64,000 nucleotides of DNA from Candidatus Bipolaricaulota bacterium (GCA_025061735.1 JANXAU010000037.1:816-64815); one strand, 5' to 3'. Shown: positions 47,592-56,079, counted from the stretch's first letter. Notes: a model not told the origin generated them from the sequence alone. Made by a program: numbers and translations.

Positions 47592-48477
47592 ACGTCACGC
47601 TCTCTTTCTTCTCTTCTTTCTTTCTCTCTTTGGCAACGCGCACGCAGTAGTCGATCAGCAGATCGGGAATAGGAGCGTCGATCACGGCCATGCTCGCCTT
47701 GAACTCCATCGCACAGTTGACTTCATGAACCGTTAAGCCGTTGGGGGTTTCCATCAAATCCACAGCCAGGGCTTGGCCGCCTACGGCGCGCGCGGCCCTC
47801 ACGCAGAGATCGTTCAGTTCGGGGGTGACCTTGCAGGGCACCGTCCAGCCGCCGCGCGCCGCGTTCGTCAGCCAGTGATTCGAAACTCTGTAAGCCGCTC
47901 CAACGGTCTCGTCGCCGATCACATAAGCGCGAATATCGCGATCGGGCTTCTCGATGTACTCTTGAATGTAAAAGACCGAGTGATAGTACGAGCTGAGATG
48001 GGCTTTGTGCTCTAAGATGGCTTCAGCGGCCGTACGGTTCTCGATCTTGGCCATCAGTCGTCCCCAAGAGCCGTCCACGGGCTTGAGCACCACGGGGTAG
48101 CCCAGCTCTTCGATGGCCGCCAATGCGCTCTCTTTGGTGAAGGCGACTTTGATCGCTGGCGTGGGGACGCCCGCATCGTGGAGCACTTTAGATGTGAGCA
48201 GCTTGTCGCCACCAATCCGCGTCGCTTCAAAGCTGTTGATGGTGATCACGCCGGAGCCTTCAAAGAGCTGGAGCGCATAGAGCGCCCGCGATTGAGAGAT
48301 CTCGCGATCCAAGAGCACGTCTATCGGCGGGCGCTCATCCAAGCTTAAGATCAGCTCACGGCTGTCAATCGGGACAAGCTCGACGTCGCGACGGCGCTGC
48401 GCCGCTTGAAAGAGCAGCTTCTCCTCCAAGCGCAACCGCGAGAAGAGTATGCCTACACGGACTTTCTCCATAGCCAT
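47584..48477 (-). CDS. lysX: LysX family [LysW]-amino-acid ligase, copy A
   Basis: REISQSRAL, GDKLLTS, KPVDGSWGRL, YIQEYIEKPDRDIR, WLTNAARG, HEVNCAMEFK. Confidence 0.88.
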   Translation of the reverse strand: MAMEKVRVGILFSRLRLEEKLLFQAAQRRRDVELVPIDSRELILSLDERPPIDVLLDREISQSRALYALQLFEGSGVITINSFEATRIGGDKLLTSKVLHDAGVPTPAIKVAFTKESALAAIEELGYPVVLKPVDGSWGRLMAKIENRTAAEAILEHKAHLSSYYHSVFYIQEYIEKPDRDIRAYVIGDETVGAAYRVSNHWLTNAARGGWTVPCKVTPELNDLCVRAARAVGGQALAVDLMETPNGLTVHEVNCAMEFKASMAVIDAPIPDLLIDYCVRVAKERKKEEKKESVTYA

Positions 48478-48487
48478 TTCTTTCTCT

Positions 48488-48523
48488 CCCCTCTCCCTCT
48501 CAGGGAGAGGGGTAGGGTGAGGG
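48488..48523. repeat. REP-like hairpin element between lysW and lysX
   Basis: CCCCTCTCCC-TCTCA-GGGAGAGGGG-TA-GGGTGAGGG; nearly identical to 50079-50113. Confidence 0.75.
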
Positions 48524-48694
48524 TTACTCTCCCCAATCTTCTTCTTCTTCGGGAGCCAACGCGACTTTCAGGGGGTTCAAGCTCACGACTTCCAGCTCGA
48601 TCCCACACGTATCGCACGTCAGGATCTCGTTCTCCACGACATCCGCCGGAAGTTCTACTTCGGAGCCGCATTCGGGGCACTCGACTCTCTTCAT
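48524..48694 (-). CDS. lysW: Amino-group carrier protein LysW (56 aa; absent from the ORF track)
   Basis: My translation is [56 protein letters not shown]: two CxxC pairs plus the EDWGE tail; SD GAGAGGTGA. Confidence 0.95.
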   Translation of the reverse strand: MKRVECPECGSEVELPADVVENEILTCDTCGIELEVVSLNPLKVALAPEEEEDWGE

Positions 48695-48708
48695 ACGATT
48701 CACCTCTC

Positions 48709-50046
48709 TTACTGATGGATGAGTCTGTCTAACGTCTTAAGATATCGCTCGCGCTCGACGCGCCACTCTCTGTGCGCTCTCTCTATCTCGCTCTTCAGGA
48801 CGTCTAGCTGAAGATTTCCCGGCCCGCCCAGATGCGCTCGCTTCTTTAGAGCGTCTTTGAGATTGGGCACGCGCAGCGCGCTCAGCTCGCGCTTGAGATT
48901 CTGATAGGCTTTGCGAAACGGCACCCCGCGCTGCACCTCTTCCAAGACCCTATCTACGGCGAAGATCTCCGCCGAGCACGCCGCCCGGAGCTTCGCTTCG
49001 TTGACGCGCAGCTCTGGAATCAGCCTGCTCAAGACGGCTAAGCAGTCTCGTGTTGTAAGCAGGCTCTTCATGAACGGCTCTTTCGTCTCTTGCAGATCGC
49101 GATGGTACCCCGACGTCAGCCCGTGCACGACCAGCGCCACCGCACCGCCGGCGCTCACCACCCGCGCCACGCGCGCGCGAATCAATTCCAACAGATCGGG
49201 ATTGGTCTTGTTGGGCATCAAACTGCTGCCGGTGCAGAAGCGTTCTGGGATCTCAAAAAATCCAAACTCCTCCGACGAAAACCAAACCAGATCGTCGGCC
49301 AGACGCCCGATCGTGAGCATCACGCTGCCCAAGGCGCTCACGGTCGCGAATTCGAGCTTCCCGCGGCTGTTCATCGCGGCGAGCGCATTTCTCTGGACAG
49401 CCTTGAAGCCCAGCAGTTCGGCCGTGAGCGCGCGGTCGAGCGCCAAGGGCACGCCGTAGCCCGCAGCCGCCCCTAAGGGCGAAGCGTCGTTCAGCTCATA
49501 GACAGCTTTGACGAGCTTCACGTCATCGAGCAAGCTCTCGCTGAACGCCGCGGCCCACAGCCCCACCGACGCGGGCATGGCGCGGCGCGTGTGGGTGTAA
49601 CCGGGCATCGGGACGAACTCGTGCTTCTGTGCAAATTCTGCCAGCGCCTCGGCCAGTGCCAGCAACTCTAGAGCGATCTCTTGGAGGCGCTCTTTTGCAT
49701 AGAGTCTCAGATCTGCCAAGACCTGATCGTTGCGCGACCGGCCCGTGTGGAGCTTCTGCCCCAGTTCGCCAAGCCGAGCCACGAGCAGATTCTCGATCTT
49801 GGTGTGGATATCTTCGTCCTCGACGGAGAGCGTGAGCTTCTGATCCAACAGCTCTAGGAGCGCTCCTCGCAAACGGCAATGCTCCTCTGCCGTTAGCACT
49901 CCAATCTTCTGGAGCATCGCAGCGTGGGCCAGCGAGCCGAGAACGTCATAGCGAGCGAGCGCCTCGTCCAAGGGCAGGTCGTCTTGGGCGGTGAAGCGCT
50001 CGACGATAACGTCGGTCTTCTCTCGGCCTGTCTCCCAGAGCTTCAT
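48709..50046 (-). CDS. argH: Argininosuccinate lyase
   Basis: [49 protein letters not shown]. Confidence 0.93.
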   Translation of the reverse strand: MKLWETGREKTDVIVERFTAQDDLPLDEALARYDVLGSLAHAAMLQKIGVLTAEEHCRLRGALLELLDQKLTLSVEDEDIHTKIENLLVARLGELGQKLHTGRSRNDQVLADLRLYAKERLQEIALELLALAEALAEFAQKHEFVPMPGYTHTRRAMPASVGLWAAAFSESLLDDVKLVKAVYELNDASPLGAAAGYGVPLALDRALTAELLGFKAVQRNALAAMNSRGKLEFATVSALGSVMLTIGRLADDLVWFSSEEFGFFEIPERFCTGSSLMPNKTNPDLLELIRARVARVVSAGGAVALVVHGLTSGYHRDLQETKEPFMKSLLTTRDCLAVLSRLIPELRVNEAKLRAACSAEIFAVDRVLEEVQRGVPFRKAYQNLKRELSALRVPNLKDALKKRAHLGGPGNLQLDVLKSEIERAHREWRVERERYLKTLDRLIHQ

Positions 50047-50057
50047 CGTCAGCCCCA

Positions 50058-50113
50058 CCCTCACCCGGCCTTCGGCCTCCCTCTCCCTTCCAGGGAGAGG
50101 GTTGGGGTGAGGG
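50058..50113. repeat. Y-shaped REP-like element inside the argG 3' end
   Basis: Outer CCCTCACCC (50058-66)/GGGTGAGGG (50105-13); inner GGCC-TTC-GGCC and CCCTCTCCC-TTCCA-GGGAGAGGG. Confidence 0.75.
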
Positions 50114-51347
50114 TCTTTCTCACGCGATGGGCCACGCGCGTCGGCAGCCCCCAGATCTCGATAAAACCGGGCGCGGCCATCTGATTGAACGTGTGATGCG
50201 CATCGTACGTCGCTAAGTTCAAGTCATACAGCCCGTTGGGCGATTGCCGCCCCACGACTTGGACGTGCCCCTTATAGAGCTTCAGGCGCACCGTGCCCGT
50301 CACGCGCTCATTCACTTTATTAATATAAGCGTTGAGCGCCTCCATCAACGGATCGTACCACAGCCCTTTATACACCAGCTCGGCCCACTTGCGGTCTATC
50401 AGGGGCTTGAACTCGTTCTCGTGAATGGTGCAGCAGAAGCGTTCGAGGTCCCTGTGCGCCGTTAAGATCGTCACAGCAGCGGGGCACTCGTAGATCTCGC
50501 GCGATTTGAGTCCCACGACGCGGTCTTCGGTCATATCGATAATGCCGACGCCGTGGCGCCCGGCGATCTCGTTGAGCTTGAGGATCAGATCGACCAAGTT
50601 CAAGCGCTTCCCGTCGAGCGCGACGGGCAGGCCCTCTTCAAACGTCAGTTCGACATAAGCGGGCCTCTCCGGCGCTTGCTCAGGAGGCGTAGCGTAAGAG
50701 AAGATCTCCGGGGGAGGCTCTTGGTCGGGATGCTCTAAAACCCCGCACTCGATGCTGCGGCCCCACATGTTCTCATCTGTAGAATAGGGCGAGTCCACAT
50801 CTACGGGCACGGGGATGCCGTGCTTTTTGGCGTAGGCGATCTCGGCGTCGCGGGTCATGTTCCATTCGCGCACCGGAGCCAAGACGCGCAGCGCGGGATC
50901 GAGCGCCTGAATCGAGATATCAAAGCGCACCTGATCGTTGCCCTTGCCGGTGCAGCCGTGCGCGACCGCGTCCGCGTTGATCTTGTGGGCGTATTCGACG
51001 GCGAGCTTGGCGATCAGGGGGCGAGCGACGGCGGTGCTCAACGGGTACTGATCTTGGTAGAGGCCGTTGGCCTTGATTAACGGGGCGATATAGTTCTGGG
51101 CGAACTCCTCGCGAGCGTCCACGATAAACGCTTCTTGGACGCCGAGCTGGTGGGCCTTGGCGCGCGCGGCCTCGAGGCCGCCCTGGCCCAGATCTACCGT
51201 CAGCGTCGCGATCTCGGCCTCGTAGTGCTCTTGGAGCCACTTGATGAGACACGACGTGTCGAGTCCACCAGAATAGAGCAAGAGAATCTTGCGGATCTTC
51301 GAGGGCCCTGTGCTCTTGGGGGGGCTCATCGTGGGTGCTGTGTGCAT
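50061..51347 (-). CDS. argG: Argininosuccinate synthase
   Basis: LLYSGGLDTS, HGCTGKGNDQVRF, YSTDENMWGRSIE, KSREIYE; SD AAGGAAGGTG before ATG 51347. Confidence 0.95.
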   Translation of the reverse strand: MHTAPTMSPPKSTGPSKIRKILLLYSGGLDTSCLIKWLQEHYEAEIATLTVDLGQGGLEAARAKAHQLGVQEAFIVDAREEFAQNYIAPLIKANGLYQDQYPLSTAVARPLIAKLAVEYAHKINADAVAHGCTGKGNDQVRFDISIQALDPALRVLAPVREWNMTRDAEIAYAKKHGIPVPVDVDSPYSTDENMWGRSIECGVLEHPDQEPPPEIFSYATPPEQAPERPAYVELTFEEGLPVALDGKRLNLVDLILKLNEIAGRHGVGIIDMTEDRVVGLKSREIYECPAAVTILTAHRDLERFCCTIHENEFKPLIDRKWAELVYKGLWYDPLMEALNAYINKVNERVTGTVRLKLYKGHVQVVGRQSPNGLYDLNLATYDAHHTFNQMAAPGFIEIWGLPTRVAHRVRKTLTPTLSLEGRGRPKAG

Positions 51348-51349
51348 TT

Positions 51350-51441
51350 GGGGTCACCTTCCTTCAGGGTGAAAATAAAAGTCTTTGGCGAACCGATAGA
51401 GCGCCTGGAGGCTGAGAGAGCGAAGACCTCTCTGCCGGCGT
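51350..51441 (-). promoter_or_regulatory. Structured leader-argG spacer (candidate attenuator hairpins, U-run and SD-occluding hairpin)
   Basis: On the mRNA strand: AGAGAG-GTCTTCG-CTCTCT hairpin, GGCG...CGCC stem, TTTTATTTT (51380-72), and CACC..GGTG enclosing the argG SD. Confidence 0.5.
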
Positions 51442-51567
51442 TCAGGAGCGACGCCGACGCGGGAACGAGAGACGAAGGAGGGAACGAGCAACAACAGAGA
51501 CAGAGAGAGAAGAGAACGGCTGGCTCGTCTGAGAGCAATCTATGCTGTCTAGGCTATCTTGGGCCAT
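51442..51567 (-). CDS. Putative arginine leader peptide (41 aa)
   Basis: AAGGAGG (51579-73), 5 nt, ATG; MAQDSLDSIDCSQTSQPFSSLSVSVVARSLLRLSFPRRRRS*; tandem CGT CGG CGT CGC just before the stop. Confidence 0.72.
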   Translation of the reverse strand: MAQDSLDSIDCSQTSQPFSSLSVSVVARSLLRLSFPRRRRS

Positions 51568-51613
51568 CTCGACCTCCTTGGGATTGTGGGGCCCTCTATT
51601 AAAGCTAGCTGGG

Positions 51614-51642
51614 ATTATAGCGCTCGAGGGCACCGTTGTCAA
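51614..51642 (-). promoter_or_regulatory. Consensus sigma70 promoter of the leader-arg/lys operon
   Basis: Minus strand TTGACA (51642-37), 17 nt, TATAAT (51619-14). Confidence 0.85.
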
Positions 51643-51659
51643 GCGGCTCTCCTCTGGTC

Positions 51660-51688
51660 TTGCTCGAGGGCCATCGGCCCGGTAGAAT
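51660..51688 (+). promoter_or_regulatory. ruvB promoter (leaderless type)
   Basis: TTGCTC (51660-65), 17 nt, TAGAAT (51683-88), 7 nt, ATG 51696. Confidence 0.6.
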
Positions 51689-51695
51689 CTTCGAT

Positions 51696-52715
51696 ATGGC
51701 GCGCGAAGCAGTTTTGCGAGGGGAGCTTCAAGACGAAGATCAAGCGATAGCGTCGTTGCGCCCGCATAGACTCTCAGAATTCATCGGGCAAGAGCAGCTC
51801 AAAGAGCAGTTGCAGCTCTATATGCAAGCCGCCCGCGCCCGCGGCGACGTCTTGGATCACATCCTCTTGCATGGGCCTCCGGGCTTGGGGAAGACCACGC
51901 TGGCGCTGATCATCGCGGCCGAGATGGGCGTCAATATTAAGATCAGTTCTGGCCCGGCGATCGAGCGCCCCGGCGACTTGGCAGCGATCGTGACCAATCT
52001 CGGCCCCGGTGACGTGCTCTTCTTAGATGAGATCCACCGCCTGAGAAGAAACGTCGAAGAGCTGCTCTACCCCGCGATGGAGGATTTCAAGCTCGATCTG
52101 GTGATCGGCGAAGGCCCGCACGCGCAGTCCATCAGGCTAGATCTGCCCAAGTTTACGCTCATCGGCGCGACGACGCGCACCGGGCTGCTCACCAACCCAC
52201 TGCGAGATAGATTTGAAGTCGTCTTTCATCTGGATTTTTACGACGACTCCGAACTCACCCAGATCGTGCGGCGCGGGGCGCAGATTCTGGGGGTGAAGAT
52301 CACCGACGAGGGCGCGCACGAGATCGCGCGGCGCGCGCGGGGCACACCGAGAGTCGCCAACAGACTCTTGAAGCGCGTGCGCGACTTCGCTCAAGTGAAG
52401 AAGAAGCCCGTCATTGATCGCGAGATCGCCCGCGAAGCGCTCGCGATGCTACGGATAGACGAAGAGGGCCTCGACGAATTAGACCGCAAGATTCTCAAAA
52501 CGATCATCGAGAAGTTCAGCGGCGGCCCGGTGGGGCTGGAGACGCTCTCGGCTGCCCTAAGCGAAGAGAAGGACACGCTCTCGGAGGTCTATGAGCCATA
52601 TCTCCTCAAGAAGGGATTCATTCAGAGAACACCGCAAGGGCGTGTAGCTACTGAACGTGCGTACCGACACCTTGGAGTCGAGTACCCCAAGGCGCGCGAG
52701 GCACCCTTGCTGTGA
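51696..52715 (+). CDS. ruvB: Holliday junction branch migration helicase RuvB
   Basis: [62 protein letters not shown]. Confidence 0.96.
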   Translation: MAREAVLRGELQDEDQAIASLRPHRLSEFIGQEQLKEQLQLYMQAARARGDVLDHILLHGPPGLGKTTLALIIAAEMGVNIKISSGPAIERPGDLAAIVTNLGPGDVLFLDEIHRLRRNVEELLYPAMEDFKLDLVIGEGPHAQSIRLDLPKFTLIGATTRTGLLTNPLRDRFEVVFHLDFYDDSELTQIVRRGAQILGVKITDEGAHEIARRARGTPRVANRLLKRVRDFAQVKKKPVIDREIAREALAMLRIDEEGLDELDRKILKTIIEKFSGGPVGLETLSAALSEEKDTLSEVYEPYLLKKGFIQRTPQGRVATERAYRHLGVEYPKAREAPLL

Positions 52716-52724
52716 GGTCTTTCT

Positions 52725-53045
52725 ATGATGCGCTTAACAGAGAAGCGCTGCGTTCCGTGTCGAGGCGGCGTCCCGCCGATGACCGTCGAGCAGGCCCAAG
52801 AGTATCTCAGAGAGATCGTGGGCTGGGAGCTGATCGACGGGAAGAAGATCGTCAAAGAGTTCAAATTTAAGAAGTACTTAGAGAGTTTGGAGTTTGCTCA
52901 ACGAGTCGGGGAGCTGGCCGAGCGCGAGGGGCATCACCCGTATATTCATATCTTTTACAAAAAAGTACGGATCGAAATCTGGACCCATAAGATCGACGGG
53001 CTGACCGAGAGCGATTTTATCTTGGCGGCGAAGATTGATGACCTC
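52725..53045 (+). CDS. Pterin-4-alpha-carbinolamine dehydratase domain (no stop; in frame with thrC)
   Basis: CVPCRGG, EGHHP, WTHKIDGLTESDFILAAKID; continues through a 19-codon linker into thrC. Confidence 0.85.
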
Positions 53046-53099
53046 CCCCCTCAGTCCCCTTCCCTACGCGCTATTCGCCGTGCCGCCAGAGGCGGCACG

Positions 53100-54173
53100 A
53101 TGGACAGTCCAGACGAAGTCTGGCCCGGCGTCTATGCCCGCTATCGAGAGCATCTGCCCCCTATTGCTGACGAGAATATCATCACGCTGCTGGAGGGCGG
53201 CACGCCCCTGGTGCGCGCGCAGAATCTTGAACGTCGGTTTGGCTTGCCGTGCGCGCTCTATCTCAAGTGCGAGGGTGCCAATCCCACCGGGTCGTTCAAA
53301 GATCGCGGCATGACCGTGGCGATCTCGCAGGCGAAGCAAGCGGGCGCTCAGGCCGTCCTCTGCGCTTCGACGGGGAACACGGCCGCGTCGGCGGCAGCCT
53401 ATGCGGCCCGCGCAGGAATGAGGGCTTTTGTGATCGTGCCCGAGGGCCAGATCGCCTTGGGAAAGCTCGCCGGCTCGATGATCTACGGTGCCACGGTCAT
53501 TCAGATTCAGGGCAATTTCGACAGAGCTTTAGAAATAGTGCGCCAGATCGCGCAAGAGCATCCCGTGACGCTGGTGAATTCGGTCAATCCCTATCGCATC
53601 GAAGGGCAGAAGACGGCAGCATTTGAGATCTGCGATCTCTTGGGGCGTGCGCCGGACTATCACGCGCTGCCGGTGGGCAACGCTGGGAATATCACGGCGT
53701 ATTGGAAGGGGTATTGTGAGTATTTCGCTGCGAAGAAGATCGCGCAGCGTCCGGTGATGCTGGGCTTTCAAGCCGAGGGCGCGGCGCCTCTCGTCTTGGG
53801 CCATCCCATCGAGAACCCCAAGACGGTCGCCACGGCGATCAAGATCGGCAACCCCGCGAGCTGGCAAGGAGCCATCCAAGCGCGCGACGAGTCCGGGGGA
53901 CTCATCACAACCGTGACTGACGAGCAGATTCTCGAAGCGTATAGATTGTTAGCACAGCTAGAGGGGGTCTTCTGCGAGCCGGCATCGGCGGCGTCGGTCG
54001 CGGGGGTGCTTCGGTTGGCTTGGCAAGATTACTTCAAGCCCGGAAGCATCGTCGTCTGCACGCTGACGGGGCACGGGCTGAAAGACCCTGATAATGCGCT
54101 TGCCGTAGGCTCATCCGAACGGATATCGGTAGAAGCGAAGCTAGAAGCCGTGCTGGATGTCATGGGGCTGTGA
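53100..54173 (+). CDS. thrC: Threonine synthase
   Basis: TLLEGGTPL, NPTGSFKDRG (PLP Lys), ASTGNTAAS, PVGNAGNI, EPASAASVAG, TGHGLKD. Confidence 0.93.
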   Translation: MDSPDEVWPGVYARYREHLPPIADENIITLLEGGTPLVRAQNLERRFGLPCALYLKCEGANPTGSFKDRGMTVAISQAKQAGAQAVLCASTGNTAASAAAYAARAGMRAFVIVPEGQIALGKLAGSMIYGATVIQIQGNFDRALEIVRQIAQEHPVTLVNSVNPYRIEGQKTAAFEICDLLGRAPDYHALPVGNAGNITAYWKGYCEYFAAKKIAQRPVMLGFQAEGAAPLVLGHPIENPKTVATAIKIGNPASWQGAIQARDESGGLITTVTDEQILEAYRLLAQLEGVFCEPASAASVAGVLRLAWQDYFKPGSIVVCTLTGHGLKDPDNALAVGSSERISVEAKLEAVLDVMGL

Positions 54174-54234
54174 TTTGCCAAAGAGCCTCTGGGTATCGTA
54201 AGATTAAGAGAGTTCATATAAGGAGGCTACGACC

Positions 54235-54897
54235 GTGAAGCACAGCAGATTCTGGGGCTTGCTCCTGCTTGCCGTAGTTTTCTTCTTATCGGGATGCGGC
54301 CAACGCCCGCCACAGCCCGCGCCGCAGTCCCCAGCAGAAACCGAGAAGAGGGAGCCTGCACCCCCACCTCCGGCAGCCACCAGCAAGCCCGCAGAACCAT
54401 CTCCTGTGGCTTCTCCCCCACCTATGACCAAGAACCCGATAGCGATCGTCGAGACGAGCTTGGGGATCTTCAAGATCGAACTCTTTCTGGATAAAGCCCC
54501 CATCACGGCCCAGAATTTTATCGATCTGGTCAAGCGCGACTTCTATAAAGAGATGATCTTCCATCGCGTCGTGGCCAACTTTGTGATTCAGACGGGCGAC
54601 CCCACCGGCACGGGGCGCGGTGGCTCCGATAAGACGATTCCCCTGGAGATCCATCCCGAGCTCAGGCACGACAGCGCCGGCGTCGTCGGCATGGCGCGCG
54701 GCCCAGACCCCAACAGCGCCAGCAGCCAGTTCTACATCACGCTGCGCGCCACGCCCCATCTCGATGGCCGTTACGCGGTCTTTGGGAAGGTGATCGAAGG
54801 TCTCGATGTGGTCATGAAGATCGGCGAGGTCGAAGTCGGCCCCGGGGATCGCCCCGTGATCCCCGTCGAGCTGAAAGCGATCACACTGCAGCAATAA
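54235..54897 (+). CDS. Lipoprotein cyclophilin-type peptidyl-prolyl isomerase
   Basis: Lipobox LSGC, Pro-rich linker, [31 protein letters not shown]. Confidence 0.9.
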   Translation: MKHSRFWGLLLLAVVFFLSGCGQRPPQPAPQSPAETEKREPAPPPPAATSKPAEPSPVASPPPMTKNPIAIVETSLGIFKIELFLDKAPITAQNFIDLVKRDFYKEMIFHRVVANFVIQTGDPTGTGRGGSDKTIPLEIHPELRHDSAGVVGMARGPDPNSASSQFYITLRATPHLDGRYAVFGKVIEGLDVVMKIGEVEVGPGDRPVIPVELKAITLQQ

Positions 54898-54924
54898 TGC
54901 AAAAAACGAAAGCGAGAAGAGAGT

Positions 54925-56067
54925 ATGAACTTCACACTGACGCCTGAACAAGAACTCTTCCGCAAGTCGGCGCGCGAGTTCGCGCTCAAGGAGCTAGAGC
55001 CGATCGCTGCGGATCTCGATCGCGAGCACCGCGTCGCGCTCGATGTGCTCAAAAAGCTTGGCTCTTTGGGGTATTTGGGCATGACCGTCCCCGAAGAGTA
55101 CGGCGGCATCGGCGCGGACATGCTCAGCTACATCTTGGTGATGGAAGAACTCTCGCGCTCGTGTGCCTCGACCTCAACGGCGGTCACGGTGCAGAACTCG
55201 CTCTGCAATACCCTGTTGGTAGAATTCGGCAGCGAAACGCAAAAGCGCAAGTATCTCCCGGAGTTGGCGACGGGCAAGAAGTTTGGGGCGTTTGCGCTGA
55301 CGGAACCCGAATCGGGGTCCGACGCCGCGGGCATGAAGACAACGGCAGTCCCCAAGGGCGACTCGTTCATCCTCAACGGCACGAAGCGCTTCATCACCAG
55401 CGCGGGCTTTGCTGATATATTCTTGGTCTTTGCGTTGACCGACCCCAGCGCCGGCAATCGCGGCGTCAGTTGTTTTCTGGTCGAGCGCCACACCCCCGGC
55501 TTCACGGTGGGCAAAGAAGAGGACAAGATGGGGATTCGCGGCTCCAGCACGTGCGAGCTCTTCTTCGAGAACTGTCGCGTCCCCAGGGAGAATCTGATCG
55601 GAGAGCTGAATCGCGGGTTCAAGGTGGCGATGGTGACGCTCGATTCGGGCCGGATCGGGGTAGCCGCGCAAGCGCTGGGCATCGCGCAAGCCGCTTTAGA
55701 CGAGGCGATCCAGTACGCCAAAGAGCGCAAAGCGTTTGGTAAGCCGTTGGCCGAGTTCCAGGCGATTCAGTTTAAACTCGCCGAGATGAAGACCAAGGTA
55801 GAAGCCGCGCGCTTGCTGGTCTACAAAGCCGCGTGGAAGAAAGATCACAAGCTCGATTATATCATGGACGCTTCGATCGCCAAGCTCTATGCATCGGAGA
55901 TCGCCAGCGAGGTGGCCGACGAAGCCGTGCAGATCTTCGGTGGCTACGGCTACATTCGCGATTACAAAGTCGAGCGCCTCTATCGAGACGCGCGGATCAC
56001 GCGCATCTACGAGGGCACCAGCGAGATCCAAAAACTCGTGATCGCGCGCGAATTGCTCAAAGATTAA
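54925..56067 (+). CDS. Acyl-CoA dehydrogenase (short/branched-chain type)
   Basis: FALTEPESGSDA, KMGIRGSST, GRIGVAAQALG, QIFGGYGY, IYEGTSEIQ. Confidence 0.93.
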   Translation: MNFTLTPEQELFRKSAREFALKELEPIAADLDREHRVALDVLKKLGSLGYLGMTVPEEYGGIGADMLSYILVMEELSRSCASTSTAVTVQNSLCNTLLVEFGSETQKRKYLPELATGKKFGAFALTEPESGSDAAGMKTTAVPKGDSFILNGTKRFITSAGFADIFLVFALTDPSAGNRGVSCFLVERHTPGFTVGKEEDKMGIRGSSTCELFFENCRVPRENLIGELNRGFKVAMVTLDSGRIGVAAQALGIAQAALDEAIQYAKERKAFGKPLAEFQAIQFKLAEMKTKVEAARLLVYKAAWKKDHKLDYIMDASIAKLYASEIASEVADEAVQIFGGYGYIRDYKVERLYRDARITRIYEGTSEIQKLVIARELLKD

Positions 56068-56079
56068 AGGAGAAATTCT

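Noticed and set aside
48406-48732. ORF-track calls 48406-48732(+) and 48453-48680(-)
   Set aside because: Spurious; the region is explained by lysW (48524-48694) and the hairpin repeat.
51350-51642. T-box, lysine riboswitch or ArgR box upstream of argG
   Set aside because: No T-box motif (TGGGTGGNACCGCG), no recognisable L-box core, and no TGAAT..ATTCA ARG box seen.
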